NCBI GenBank assembly: GCA_965213925.1
Contig: OZ243927.1
Location: forward strand, 4,352,001-4,416,000
Origin: Trueperaceae bacterium
Lineage (GTDB): Bacteria > Deinococcota > Deinococci > Deinococcales > Trueperaceae
DNA length: 64,000 bases
Reading direction: 5' to 3'
The first letter of the stretch is position 1. Each line of letters starts with the position of its first letter. Positions 18,754-28,958 of this stretch are shown here, in pieces. The position numbers were made by a program, and so were the translations under genes. The notes below the pieces were generated by a model, which searched no databases, was not told where the DNA came from, and worked only from the letters and a program-made list of their open reading frames with translations.

Positions 18754-21015
18754 ATGGTTCTCGCACGGCTTCGCAACCTCTTCTCGCGGACACCTTCGCT
18801 GGGCACTAGGCTTTTCCTTATCGCCTTGGCCTCGACGCTTATCCCCTTGGGCGTGATGTTTTATACAGCGACGCTGCAGCGCCAATCGTTAGAGGCGTAC
18901 GCCAAAGAGGAAGCCCTGCGCTCGGTGCGCCTCATCTCCGCGGAGCAGCGCCAACACATCGAGCAGGCGCAGAAGCTCCTCGCCGCGCTGTCGCACGTGC
19001 CCGCGGTCAGAACCCGCGACGCCGAGGCGTGCCCCGCGCTTCTAAGCGACATCATGGCGCAGTTCCCCATCTACACGATGATAGGCGTGGTGGAGCCGAA
19101 CGGCGATATGTCTTGTAGCGCCCTACCGCTGGACAAACCCCTCAACGTCACCCACCGCGGGTGGTTTCAAGAGGTCGCCCGAACGAAGGAATTCGTCGTG
19201 GGCGACTATATGATTGGTGGCATCACGGGAAAACCTGTGTTGGCGCTTAGTCGCCCGGTGCTAGACGCGGCGGGAGGGCTCGAGGCGATGAGCGTGGTCG
19301 GGCTCAACTTGCGCTGGCTCGACGCGCTTATCGGCAACGCGCAGCTCCCCGAGGGCGCGACGCTCACCATCGTCGACGCCGAGGGCACGGTGCTCGCCAG
19401 CCGAGGACCGCGGGGTGAAGCCTTCGCCATCGGCGAGAGCCTCGCCGAGATGCCGCTCGTGCAGCAGGTGCTCGCGGAACAGACCGGCGTGACGCAGCTC
19501 GAGGTGGACACGCAACGGGAGGTCGTCGGCTTCGCGCCGCTCGACCCCGACCTCACAGCGGGTTCGGTCATTGTAAGCGTGCCGAGGGCGGTCGCCTTTG
19601 CAGAGGCGGATAGGATTTTCTACCGCAGCATCGTGATTGTACTCGTCGTCTGCGTGAGCCTACTCGCGGCGACTTGGTGGACGCTGCACCGCTACGTGGC
19701 GCGTCCGGCGCAGGTGCTCTTGCAAGCGACCACGCGGCTGCGCGACGGCGACTTAGAAGCCCGCGCCGCGCTAGAGGCAAAGGGCGAACTCGGTCAACTC
19801 GCTCGCCACTTCGACGCGATGGCGGCGTCTTTACAAGCGAGAGAAAAGGAGACCGGACACGCCAAACATCAGCTTCAGGAGGCGAACGGGAAGCTCTCAT
19901 ACTCCGTGCGGACGCTCGAGGTGCGCAACCGCGAGATGACGCTCCTGAGCCACTTCGGTGAACTTTTACAAGCGAGCTTATCCGTCCATGAGGCGTACCG
20001 GATTTTGGAGCAGGTCTCGGGCAGGCTCTTTCCTGGGCTGTCCGGTGAGGTCTATATTATAGATAGACCCCAAGGTGACGCGGTGCGTCAAGCGAGTTGG
20101 ACCTCTGGCGAAGGCGAGGGCAAACCAGGACCAGCGGAGATATCCAAAGAGGTCTTCGCGCTCACCGATTGCTGGGCGCTGCGCCGCGCACAGGCGCACC
20201 TCTATACAGAGGAGAACATGGACGTTCTTTGCACGCACCTTATGGCTCCAAGCCTTGACGGTTCCAGCGCTCAACCTCACGCTGCCTCCGAACCCGTTGC
20301 GACGCATCTATGCGTTCCGCTTATCGCACAGGGCGAGGTCTTCGGTATGCTCCACTTGCGAGGCGACGCTTTAGCGTCAGAGGACGCGCAGCGTCTTAGC
20401 CAAACTGCCGCCGAGCAGTTCGCGCTCAGCCTCTCCGGGCTCAAGCTCAAAGAGGAACTGCACTATCAGTCCACGCGCGACCCGCTGACCGGGCTCTTCA
20501 ACCGCCGCTATTTAGAGGAGACTTTGGAGCGCGAACTCGCCCGCGCTGCGCGTAATCGGACCCCTTTGGGCATTATCATGATCGATATCGACCACTTCAA
20601 GACCTTTAACGACACCTTCGGGCACCGCGCAGGCGACTACGTCTTGCGCGAAGTCGCCGCGCTCTTACAGCAGAGCGTGCGCTCGAGCGACATCTGCTGC
20701 CGCTACGGGGGCGAAGAGCTTACGCTCGTGCTGCTCGACGCTTCTTTAGAAAATACCTGCAAGCGAGCGGAGTATATCAGAGAGGCGCTCGCGGCGCTTT
20801 CCCTCACCCATGAGGGCGTTTCGCTCGGCAAGCTTACCGCTTCGTTCGGCGTGGTCAGTGCGCCGCAGCACGGCGAGCGTATAGACGACCTCTTGGAAAA
20901 GGCGGATGTGGCGCTTTACAAGGCGAAGCACTGGGGACGTAACCGCGTCGAGGCGGCGGGGGTTGAAGTTCAAGACGAGGCGGCGCAAGAAGAGGTCTCT
21001 ATAGAGAACGGTTAG
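18754..21015 (+). CDS. membrane sensor diguanylate cyclase (Cache-HAMP-GAF-GGDEF)
   Basis: Two TMs flanking a Cache-like domain; ELGQLARHFDAMA HAMP; RSSD + RYGGEEL; TACACT-N6-ATG start. Confidence 0.92.
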   Translation: MVLARLRNLFSRTPSLGTRLFLIALASTLIPLGVMFYTATLQRQSLEAYAKEEALRSVRLISAEQRQHIEQAQKLLAALSHVPAVRTRDAEACPALLSDIMAQFPIYTMIGVVEPNGDMSCSALPLDKPLNVTHRGWFQEVARTKEFVVGDYMIGGITGKPVLALSRPVLDAAGGLEAMSVVGLNLRWLDALIGNAQLPEGATLTIVDAEGTVLASRGPRGEAFAIGESLAEMPLVQQVLAEQTGVTQLEVDTQREVVGFAPLDPDLTAGSVIVSVPRAVAFAEADRIFYRSIVIVLVVCVSLLAATWWTLHRYVARPAQVLLQATTRLRDGDLEARAALEAKGELGQLARHFDAMAASLQAREKETGHAKHQLQEANGKLSYSVRTLEVRNREMTLLSHFGELLQASLSVHEAYRILEQVSGRLFPGLSGEVYIIDRPQGDAVRQASWTSGEGEGKPGPAEISKEVFALTDCWALRRAQAHLYTEENMDVLCTHLMAPSLDGSSAQPHAASEPVATHLCVPLIAQGEVFGMLHLRGDALASEDAQRLSQTAAEQFALSLSGLKLKEELHYQSTRDPLTGLFNRRYLEETLERELARAARNRTPLGIIMIDIDHFKTFNDTFGHRAGDYVLREVAALLQQSVRSSDICCRYGGEELTLVLLDASLENTCKRAEYIREALAALSLTHEGVSLGKLTASFGVVSAPQHGERIDDLLEKADVALYKAKHWGRNRVEAAGVEVQDEAAQEEVSIENG

Positions 21016-21275
21016 GCTGTTTCTCGCAAACACCTCTTGATGACTTTCGATTGGAGCGCTGCTTATTCCCTTGCTCAAACGGCCTGCTATGTCATCTTCT
21101 ACACTGACTCAAAAGCAGCTTCTTTATAACTGAGCGCGTCAGTGACCAGTTCCGAACGCCTTCACAAAGTCTCTAGCGAGACGCGACCACGCGCGTTACG
21201 AAGTTTTCGCACTTGCGAAACGCGTAGCCTTGAGAGACTGACCTTGATTGCGCGAAGCTTTTCGAAGAAACCTGC

Positions 21276-21671
21276 TTAACGCCCCAGCACCCGCTCGAGC
21301 AGCGCCTCAAACGACGCATCCCCCATGCGCCGCACGTTGCAGCCCTCGGTGTCTTTACAGAGCGAGACGTAGCGGTAGCGCCGCCCCTTCGAACCGGGCA
21401 ACTCGGCGCGAAACATCTGCAAGAAGTGGCGCGGCGCACTCCTCATGCAGAGGTCACAGCAGACCTGCGTAGAGGCGTTGCCCGCTTGCGAGATGGGGAT
21501 CAACACAGCGGCGCGGTCCTTCTTCTCGTCGCGAAGGAGGATGTGACCGTCGCCGTGCTCGAGCCGGTACGCCCCCGACGCAGGCAAGAGGTGTTCGTCT
21601 GTCGCAGGGAAGAACTCTAGGAGGATTTCTCTGTCGGTATAGGTCTTGGGTTGATTACTATCGTCGCTCAC
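21276..21671 (-). CDS. FBP_C (FusB-type zinc treble-clef) domain protein
   Basis: CCDLC ... RYRYVSLCKDTEGC cysteine pattern. Confidence 0.6.
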   Translation of the reverse strand: MSDDSNQPKTYTDREILLEFFPATDEHLLPASGAYRLEHGDGHILLRDEKKDRAAVLIPISQAGNASTQVCCDLCMRSAPRHFLQMFRAELPGSKGRRYRYVSLCKDTEGCNVRRMGDASFEALLERVLGR

Positions 21672-21730
21672 TAGAGGTAGTATACGCTACGCGAGGTGAG
21701 CCGGGGAAGCCAGGTGAAACGTGGGGAAAA

Positions 21731-21855
21731 GGACTGAGAGAAGAGGACTAGGGACTGAGTAAGAAAGAGGGTTTTACTCAGTCCCTCTGCTACGCAGAAA
21801 CTTATGTAATAGCACTCAGTCCTTTAGCCTTCTTGTCACTTCTCATTGCTTTTAA
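21731..21855. repeat. heptamer-built inverted repeats (GGACTGAG / CTCAGTCC)
   Basis: GGACTGAG, GGACTAG, GGACTGAG then CTCAGTCC x2. Confidence 0.6.
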
Positions 21856-21914
21856 CCCACCGTTCGTTTGCTTCGCAAGAACTAGCGTGTACCAGCTCGA
21901 CTGGATTGCTGCTT

Positions 21915-22697
21915 CTAATACTGCCCCAAAAGTCCCAACCGCATCGCCCTCTTCTCCGCAAGCCGGTAAAGCGAAACGCCGAGCGCGAAGTATACGGCGG
22001 CGTTCGAGATGAGCGAGAGCCAGTCGAATGGGGAGAACTGCAGGAGAAACGTTCCCTCGATCATCGTGCGGCGAATCATGTCCGAGCCTTTGATGACGGG
22101 GAGTAGCTCGAGCCAGCCCACAAAGGGCGGCACCGACACGAGCGCTAAAAAGATGAACTGCGCAATCTGCAAAAACGCCTGAATCCGTTTGAATATCAGA
22201 GCGAGCCCTGCCACCATAAAGCCGATGCCGAGCATACATAAAATCGTGAAGAACAGCACGGGCAAAAGCGTCAAGAGGTCAAAGGTGAGCCACCTCTGCG
22301 CTGTGAGCATCGCGAGCACGAGCATGACCGCGATGACGAGCGCGTTGGCGAGCACGGTGCCGATCATCCGCGCTAGGAGGATGCGCCACGCGCCTACGGG
22401 CGACATGTAGAGCTGCTCCAAGGTGCCCCGCGTCGCCTCCTGCTCGATCTCCCAGCCGATGCCCTGCATCGCCATGAGCGCCAAAAACCAGAGCACCGTA
22501 TTGACGATGATGTAGGGCGTCCCCTGCGCCGCGTCTTCGGGCGAGCCGAGGAACTGAACGCCCAAGAAGAGTCCGAAGAAAACCGCGTAGAAGGTGAACA
22601 GTAAGCTGAGCGTGTTGGGCAAGTAGCGCCGCAGTTCGATGGCGACTTTGCGGACGTTCGCCTCTAAGACGTTAAACCAGAGCATGTTCGGCCTCAC
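21915..22697 (-). CDS. ABC-2 type exporter permease
   Basis: Six TMs; EQEATRGTLEQLYMSP motif. Confidence 0.9.
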   Translation of the reverse strand: MRPNMLWFNVLEANVRKVAIELRRYLPNTLSLLFTFYAVFFGLFLGVQFLGSPEDAAQGTPYIIVNTVLWFLALMAMQGIGWEIEQEATRGTLEQLYMSPVGAWRILLARMIGTVLANALVIAVMLVLAMLTAQRWLTFDLLTLLPVLFFTILCMLGIGFMVAGLALIFKRIQAFLQIAQFIFLALVSVPPFVGWLELLPVIKGSDMIRRTMIEGTFLLQFSPFDWLSLISNAAVYFALGVSLYRLAEKRAMRLGLLGQY

Positions 22698-23673
22698 CCT
22701 CGAGCTTCTCCGAGGGTTCTTTGACGAGTTCCATAAAGACCCGCTCGAAATTGACGGCGGTGCGGTCTATCGCCTCGACGGGGGTGCGCCCCAACCGCAA
22801 AATCTCCATGAGGTCATAGATGGCGTCGCTGTGCTCGAGGCTCACCTTGAGCGTCCCTTTCTCCCCGCCACTATTCTTCCCGTCGTCATAACTCAAGACC
22901 GGAAACGCACGCTCTAGCCGCCGCTGCTGCTCCGCACTGAGCGGTGCGCCCAACGTGACGACGTACGCCCTCGTCTCGAAGAGTCGCATCAAGTTCTCGA
23001 CCTTATCGTCCACCACCACACGACCCGCATTGATAATCACGGTGCGCTCGCAGAGGTCTTGCACCACGGGCATGTCGTGGGTACTCACGATGATGGTGCG
23101 CCCTGCAGCAGCGACTTGGCGGAGCAGTCCTCTCACCTCGTAACCCGTCGCTACATCTAACCCAAGCGTCGGCTCGTCTAGGAGGATAACCTCGGTCTCA
23201 GCGAGCATGGCGACGGCGATGGCGAGTTTTTGCTGCATCCCCCTCGAGAGGTTGTTGACCAGCTCACCCGCTTTCTCCTCCAGGTGAAACCGCGCTAAGA
23301 GGTTATCGATTTTGCCCCTAACGCTTCGCCGCGACACGCCCCGGTTGCCCGCGAAGTATTCCAGGTTCTCCCGCACGCTCAAGCGCCAGTAGAGGTTACG
23401 GTTGCCTTCTAGCACGGCGCTGATGTGCTTAAGCGCCTCCAACCTCTTGCGCTGATTGTCCACGCCGTTCACGGTGACGCGCCCCTCGTCGGGTTTGAGA
23501 AGTCCGCAGATCGTCTTGATCGTCGTGGTCTTCCCCGCGCCGTTCGGACCTAAGAGCCCTAAGATTTCACCTCTCGCCACCTCGAACGACACGTCTTCGA
23601 CGGCGGTAACGACCTCTTTCGACTTGCGTTTTCCGTAGCGCTTGGTGACGTGCTCGAGTCGGATGATGGGCAT
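22672..23673 (-). CDS. ABC exporter ATP-binding protein
   Basis: GPNGAGKT, LSRGMQQK, LLDEPT. Confidence 0.95.
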   Translation of the reverse strand: MPIIRLEHVTKRYGKRKSKEVVTAVEDVSFEVARGEILGLLGPNGAGKTTTIKTICGLLKPDEGRVTVNGVDNQRKRLEALKHISAVLEGNRNLYWRLSVRENLEYFAGNRGVSRRSVRGKIDNLLARFHLEEKAGELVNNLSRGMQQKLAIAVAMLAETEVILLDEPTLGLDVATGYEVRGLLRQVAAAGRTIIVSTHDMPVVQDLCERTVIINAGRVVVDDKVENLMRLFETRAYVVTLGAPLSAEQQRRLERAFPVLSYDDGKNSGGEKGTLKVSLEHSDAIYDLMEILRLGRTPVEAIDRTAVNFERVFMELVKEPSEKLEGEAEHALV

Positions 23674-23676
23674 GGC

Positions 23677-23883
23677 TTAGTGTGCGCTTTTGGCAGGCTG
23701 TCTGTCTACCTGAAAGGACCCGTGTGGAGTAGGCTCGAGCCGCTCCGCCCAACCTCTTAACGCCTGCGCCGAGCGACTTCTAAGCGACGTGTGACCCAGC
23801 ATCTTCGCGCGGTTGACCTCTTGATGATAGCGAGCGAGTTTATCTTGACCTTCTCTGATTACGAAACTCGTTTCCTTCCACAT
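23677..23883 (-). CDS. small helical protein (paralog 1 of 3)
   Basis: AAAGGAG RBS; ...LRGWAERLEP; first gene of the ABC operon. Confidence 0.75.
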   Translation of the reverse strand: MWKETSFVIREGQDKLARYHQEVNRAKMLGHTSLRSRSAQALRGWAERLEPTPHGSFQVDRQPAKSAH

Positions 23884-24049
23884 ACTGCACTCCTTTCATT
23901 GAGTGAATTTTAGAGGTTTACTTATTAAATGCCAATTTTATTTTTATATTTGAAAATATTAAGTTCCCAAATTTGCATTTATCTTTACCTTGTTTTACTA
24001 TCACGTATCTCTCCTCGCCTAATCTCATCATGGGGGTAAGCTACTTCAA

Positions 24050-24733
24050 ATGGAAGACACCTCTTTGAACAAGCCAACAGATAAAACTGTTGTGGTGACG
24101 AACCCTGAAGCGGCGCGGGTCTTGGCGGACCCCGCCGAGCGGCGTTTCTTAAACCCCTTCATACGCGGCAATAGAACGCTCAGCGAAGCGGCGGCGGAGG
24201 TTGGGCTCAAACTCAACGCGATGCACTACCGCGTGCAAAAACTCCTAGACTTAGAGCTTATCGAAGTGGCGCGCGAGGAGCCGCGCAAGGGGCGAGCCGT
24301 CAAGGTGTACCGGGCGAGCGCCAAAGCGTTCTTTGCGCCTTTCGAAGTGACGCCTTACGCCTCATTAGAAGCGCTTATCACCGAGATGCTGCACGCCTCT
24401 TCGGAGCGCTTTATCCGCCTTCTCGCGCAGACCTTCTTGGACCGAGCCGACAGTTGGGGCGTCTTGTTGGCGAAAGAGGGAGGGAGCGGTGTCGCCCGCC
24501 TCGCGCCTTCTCGCAGACCCGAAGCGGAAAGACCGGGCGCAAGTATCCTAGACCCCGACTTTCCCGCTGTATGGATTAGCAACGGCTTCACCGCGCTCAC
24601 GTTCGAAGAGGCGAAGGCGTTTCAGCGGGAGTTGTCGGAATTGTTGGGGCGGTACTCGAGACCCGAGTCATCCTCGGAGCAACGCTACTATTTCACGTTG
24701 GGACTCACGCCCGTGAAGGACTCCCCCAAATAG
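24050..24733 (+). CDS. ArsR-like winged-HTH transcriptional regulator
   Basis: ARVLADPAERRFL...TLSEAAAEVG..NAMHYRVQKL...RKGRAVKVY. Confidence 0.85.
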   Translation: MEDTSLNKPTDKTVVVTNPEAARVLADPAERRFLNPFIRGNRTLSEAAAEVGLKLNAMHYRVQKLLDLELIEVAREEPRKGRAVKVYRASAKAFFAPFEVTPYASLEALITEMLHASSERFIRLLAQTFLDRADSWGVLLAKEGGSGVARLAPSRRPEAERPGASILDPDFPAVWISNGFTALTFEEAKAFQRELSELLGRYSRPESSSEQRYYFTLGLTPVKDSPK

Positions 24734-24831
24734 TGACCTTAGAGGCTAGAAATCCGAAACGTAAGCCCAGCCTCCTATGTAGAGGACTGGGCGAACCGTT
24801 TAGCGTTTTTGCTCTTCGTATTGGGTCAATT

Positions 24832-25020
24832 TTAGCGGCTTAGAAGCTCGGGCGCAGGGGCGCTTTCGACTTCGGGCTCGAGCCACTTCGCAATTTTCAT
24901 CAAGCGAGCAGCTAAGCGCTGGCGGTAGCTAGGGCGCTGGCGCTCTATAGCGGCTTCTTTCTGGAAGTCTTGTATTCGGTCTTTGGCGATGCGCTCTAAA
25001 AACTTATCCGAGTGAATCAT
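24832..25020 (-). CDS. small helical protein (paralog 2 of 3)
   Basis: GAGGAG RBS; IAKDRIQDFQKEA...LMKIAKWLEP. Confidence 0.8.
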   Translation of the reverse strand: MIHSDKFLERIAKDRIQDFQKEAAIERQRPSYRQRLAARLMKIAKWLEPEVESAPAPELLSR

Positions 25021-25077
25021 CGGCTCTCCTCTTGCTGAGGCGAAGCCGCCACACCACCTGCTCTTAAAACGTGTGGT

Positions 25078-25215
25078 TTAGCGGTTCGCCCAGTGTCTGA
25101 GAATGCGGGGGCGTCTTTCGCGGTCCGGGTAGTTGGCTAGCGCGTCGCGCTTGGCTTTGCGGCGCAGGTCGCGGGCGTGGTCTTTGGCGATTTGAAGCAT
25201 CGGGTCAGTGAACAT
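25078..25215 (-). CDS. 45-aa small protein (paralog 3 of 3; not in ORF track)
   Basis: AAGGAG RBS; MFTDPMLQIAKDHARDLRRKAKRDALANYPDRERRPRILRHWANR. Confidence 0.7.
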   Translation of the reverse strand: MFTDPMLQIAKDHARDLRRKAKRDALANYPDRERRPRILRHWANR

Positions 25216-25331
25216 CTGGTTCTCCTTAGAAATTGCTGGTTTTGAATTGCGCAGATATTGTCCTTAGAATGTGCGCGTTAGCTTGCGCACAGTTCGGTGA
25301 GGGTATTTGTGCAGACAAACCTGCTTGGGGC

Positions 25332-25360
25332 AAAAAAAACCCCGACTGATAAGGTCGGGG
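25332..25360 (-). terminator. Rho-independent terminator (possible attenuator)
   Basis: Minus strand CCCCGAC-CTTATCA-GTCGGGG-T8. Confidence 0.85.
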
Positions 25361-25381
25361 AAACGGCGCGGCTCGAGTCAG

Positions 25382-25513
25382 TCAACTCAAACACGTCTCC
25401 CCTGGCGACGCGAAGCCCTTGCAAAGTCCAGCCATGCAGACGTTTAGGTAAGCCGCTTCGCAGCTCAGCTTCGCGCAAACTTTAGGCTTGACTTGGGTAT
25501 AAATGTAAACCAT
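25382..25513 (-). CDS. 43-aa Cys-rich peptide / putative leader peptide (not in ORF track)
   Basis: GAGGAGGT RBS; MVYIYTQVKPKVCAKLSCEAAYLNVCMAGLCKGFASPGETCLS; TTGCAT-N17-TACACT promoter upstream. Confidence 0.7.
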   Translation of the reverse strand: MVYIYTQVKPKVCAKLSCEAAYLNVCMAGLCKGFASPGETCLS

Positions 25514-25551
25514 CTTCGCACCTCCTCTTCCGCCCGGTTAGGGCACTTAAA

Positions 25552-25591
25552 AGTGTAGCAGAAAGGGCGCAACTATGCAACAAGTTATGCA
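25552..25591 (-). promoter_or_regulatory. promoter with repeated TGCATA boxes over the -35 region
   Basis: TTGCAT-N17-TACACT with TG extension; TGCATAACT and TGCATAGTT direct repeats. Confidence 0.55.
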
Positions 25592-25856
25592 GCCAAAATC
25601 GAGGTTTGGCTTTCTAAGCCTAAGTGTGACGCAGGATTGACAGATGTTTATACGGAGAAATGGGGTTTAGAGTTCATTTTTTGAGGTCCTTAGTCAATTT
25701 GAAAACCTCTCGGACGTGCTGAACGAAGGTTGACCGACGCCGATTCAACAGGCTCGCTTTAGAGGGGTTGAGGCTCGAGCAACACTCATAGCGCTTCAGC
25801 GCTCGAGCCACGAAAAAAGGGGCTCAGCGCCCCTTGAATATTTCGATATTCCGAAC

Positions 25857-26210
25857 TTAGCGCGAACTCGGCAACGACACCCGTTTGCTGAAGTTGCGCA
25901 GCTTGGCGCGGCGCTCCATCTCTTGGCTGGGCTGCTCGCGCAGTTTGCGCGTGACGACTAACGTGAGCTTGTAATCTGCACCTTGCACCTGCGAGGCGAT
26001 GAGTTCGATGTCGGCGTACGGCAAGTAGTCCTGCAGGTGAACCGGCAGCGCCATCGCGTCCTTCTTCTCGCCCCTAGTAATGAGCAGGGCGAGGTCGGTT
26101 TCGCGTTTGCCCGCGAGTATCTCCACCTCTACACCGAGGCGCTTGCGGGCGTCGCTCACGACGTCTTCGACCTGAGCGACGAGTTCGTTATGGCTCATGC
26201 TAGCGAACAT
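25857..26210 (-). CDS. hypothetical protein
   Basis: GAGGAGG RBS before ATG 26210; terminator at about 25813-25835. Confidence 0.75.
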   Translation of the reverse strand: MFASMSHNELVAQVEDVVSDARKRLGVEVEILAGKRETDLALLITRGEKKDAMALPVHLQDYLPYADIELIASQVQGADYKLTLVVTRKLREQPSQEMERRAKLRNFSKRVSLPSSR

Positions 26211-26280
26211 AGGTAGCCTCCTCGTAACCCCCAGTGCGGGCACCAAAGCGAGTAGCAACTCTCATAGCCTTTATCATACG

Positions 26281-27942
<1,662 letters not shown>

Positions 27943-28022
27943 CTATCGTTCGTGAGCAGCACTGAGACCCGTTGGGAGCACTTTTGGTTGAACTCAAACA
28001 TGTACGAGTGTGTAAAGCCATG

Positions 28023-28050
28023 AAAAAAGGCGAGCACGAAGCTCGCCCTT
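28023..28050 (-). terminator. Rho-independent terminator
   Basis: Minus strand GGCGAGC-TTCGT-GCTCGCC-T6. Confidence 0.75.
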
Positions 28051-28072
28051 CTACTGATTACGTGAAGAAGGC

Positions 28073-28231
28073 TTAGCCGCCTCCGGTGCTCGAGCCCTCA
28101 GCCGTGCCACTTTCGCTACCGCCTTCGCCGCCGCCCGAAGGGCCGCACGCGGCGAGCGAGAGGGTGAAAACGGCGAACACGCTGAGCAAAACGATTCTAG
28201 GGGAACGGAAAACTTTCATTACATCTTTCAT
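28073..28231 (-). CDS. 52-aa micro-lipoprotein, G/S/E-rich (not in ORF track)
   Basis: AAGGAGG RBS; ...FTLSLAA-CGPSGGGEGGSESGTAEGSSTGGG; paralog of 28392..28667. Confidence 0.8.
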   Translation of the reverse strand: MKDVMKVFRSPRIVLLSVFAVFTLSLAACGPSGGGEGGSESGTAEGSSTGGG

Positions 28232-28391
28232 TGTTGCCTCCTTATGGGGTACTTTAACGCTCTCACATGAAAACTCATAAAGGATTATATGAGCAACGTT
28301 AGCGTGAGAGCGGCACTGCTCGAGTTACAGACGCCGAGACAACCTCTTAGTATGAGAGCCGTCTCACAGAGTCTGATTATTCGCCAGCTTC

Positions 28392-28667
28392 CTACTCACC
28401 GCCCGTGCTGCCGCCCGTACTACCACCGGTCGCGCCGCCCGTACTGCCGCTCGAGGCTTCACCCGAGGCCTGCTCTTCTAGGTTCTCAGCCTCGTTTTGC
28501 ACCTCTTCGGCTTCACCCGCGACTTCGTTGGCGGCTTCCTCTTCGCTGCCAGACTCTACCGTTGCGGAGCTATCGTTGTCGTTGCTCGCGCCGCCGTCGC
28601 CGGGGCCGCAAGCGGCTAAAGAAAATACGAGTAGAAACGCGCTTAATAGGGCTATCAGTTTTTTCAT
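28392..28667 (-). CDS. disordered acidic lipoprotein with C-terminal (S/A)TGG repeats
   Basis: AAGGAGG RBS; LAAC lipobox. Confidence 0.85.
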   Translation of the reverse strand: MKKLIALLSAFLLVFSLAACGPGDGGASNDNDSSATVESGSEEEAANEVAGEAEEVQNEAENLEEQASGEASSGSTGGATGGSTGGSTGGE

Positions 28668-28958
28668 AAAACCCGCCTCCTTTCGAAAAAGCGTAACAAA
28701 TCACATTTTAATAAATATGAACGTAGCCCACAGACACTCATCTTCATGAAGACAGCGGGTAACATCTGGTCATCAACGCGCTTAGCTAAAGCCGTGAGAG
28801 GTGCGGAAAGAGTCGGCATGAACGAGAACCCCTGCTTCGCGCCCTATAAAACAACTCAGGCGTCTTATAGCGCTTGTGCGCTCGGTATGTCCTCATCAGC
28901 AACCAGCAACGAGAGGGGTAGGCTCGAGCTAACCATCCACCTCGAGCCTACCGCGTCC

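Noticed and set aside
25382..25513. Complete RiPP (sactipeptide/ranthipeptide/lanthipeptide) cluster
   Set aside because: No radical SAM, Lan, YcaO or peptidase gene nearby
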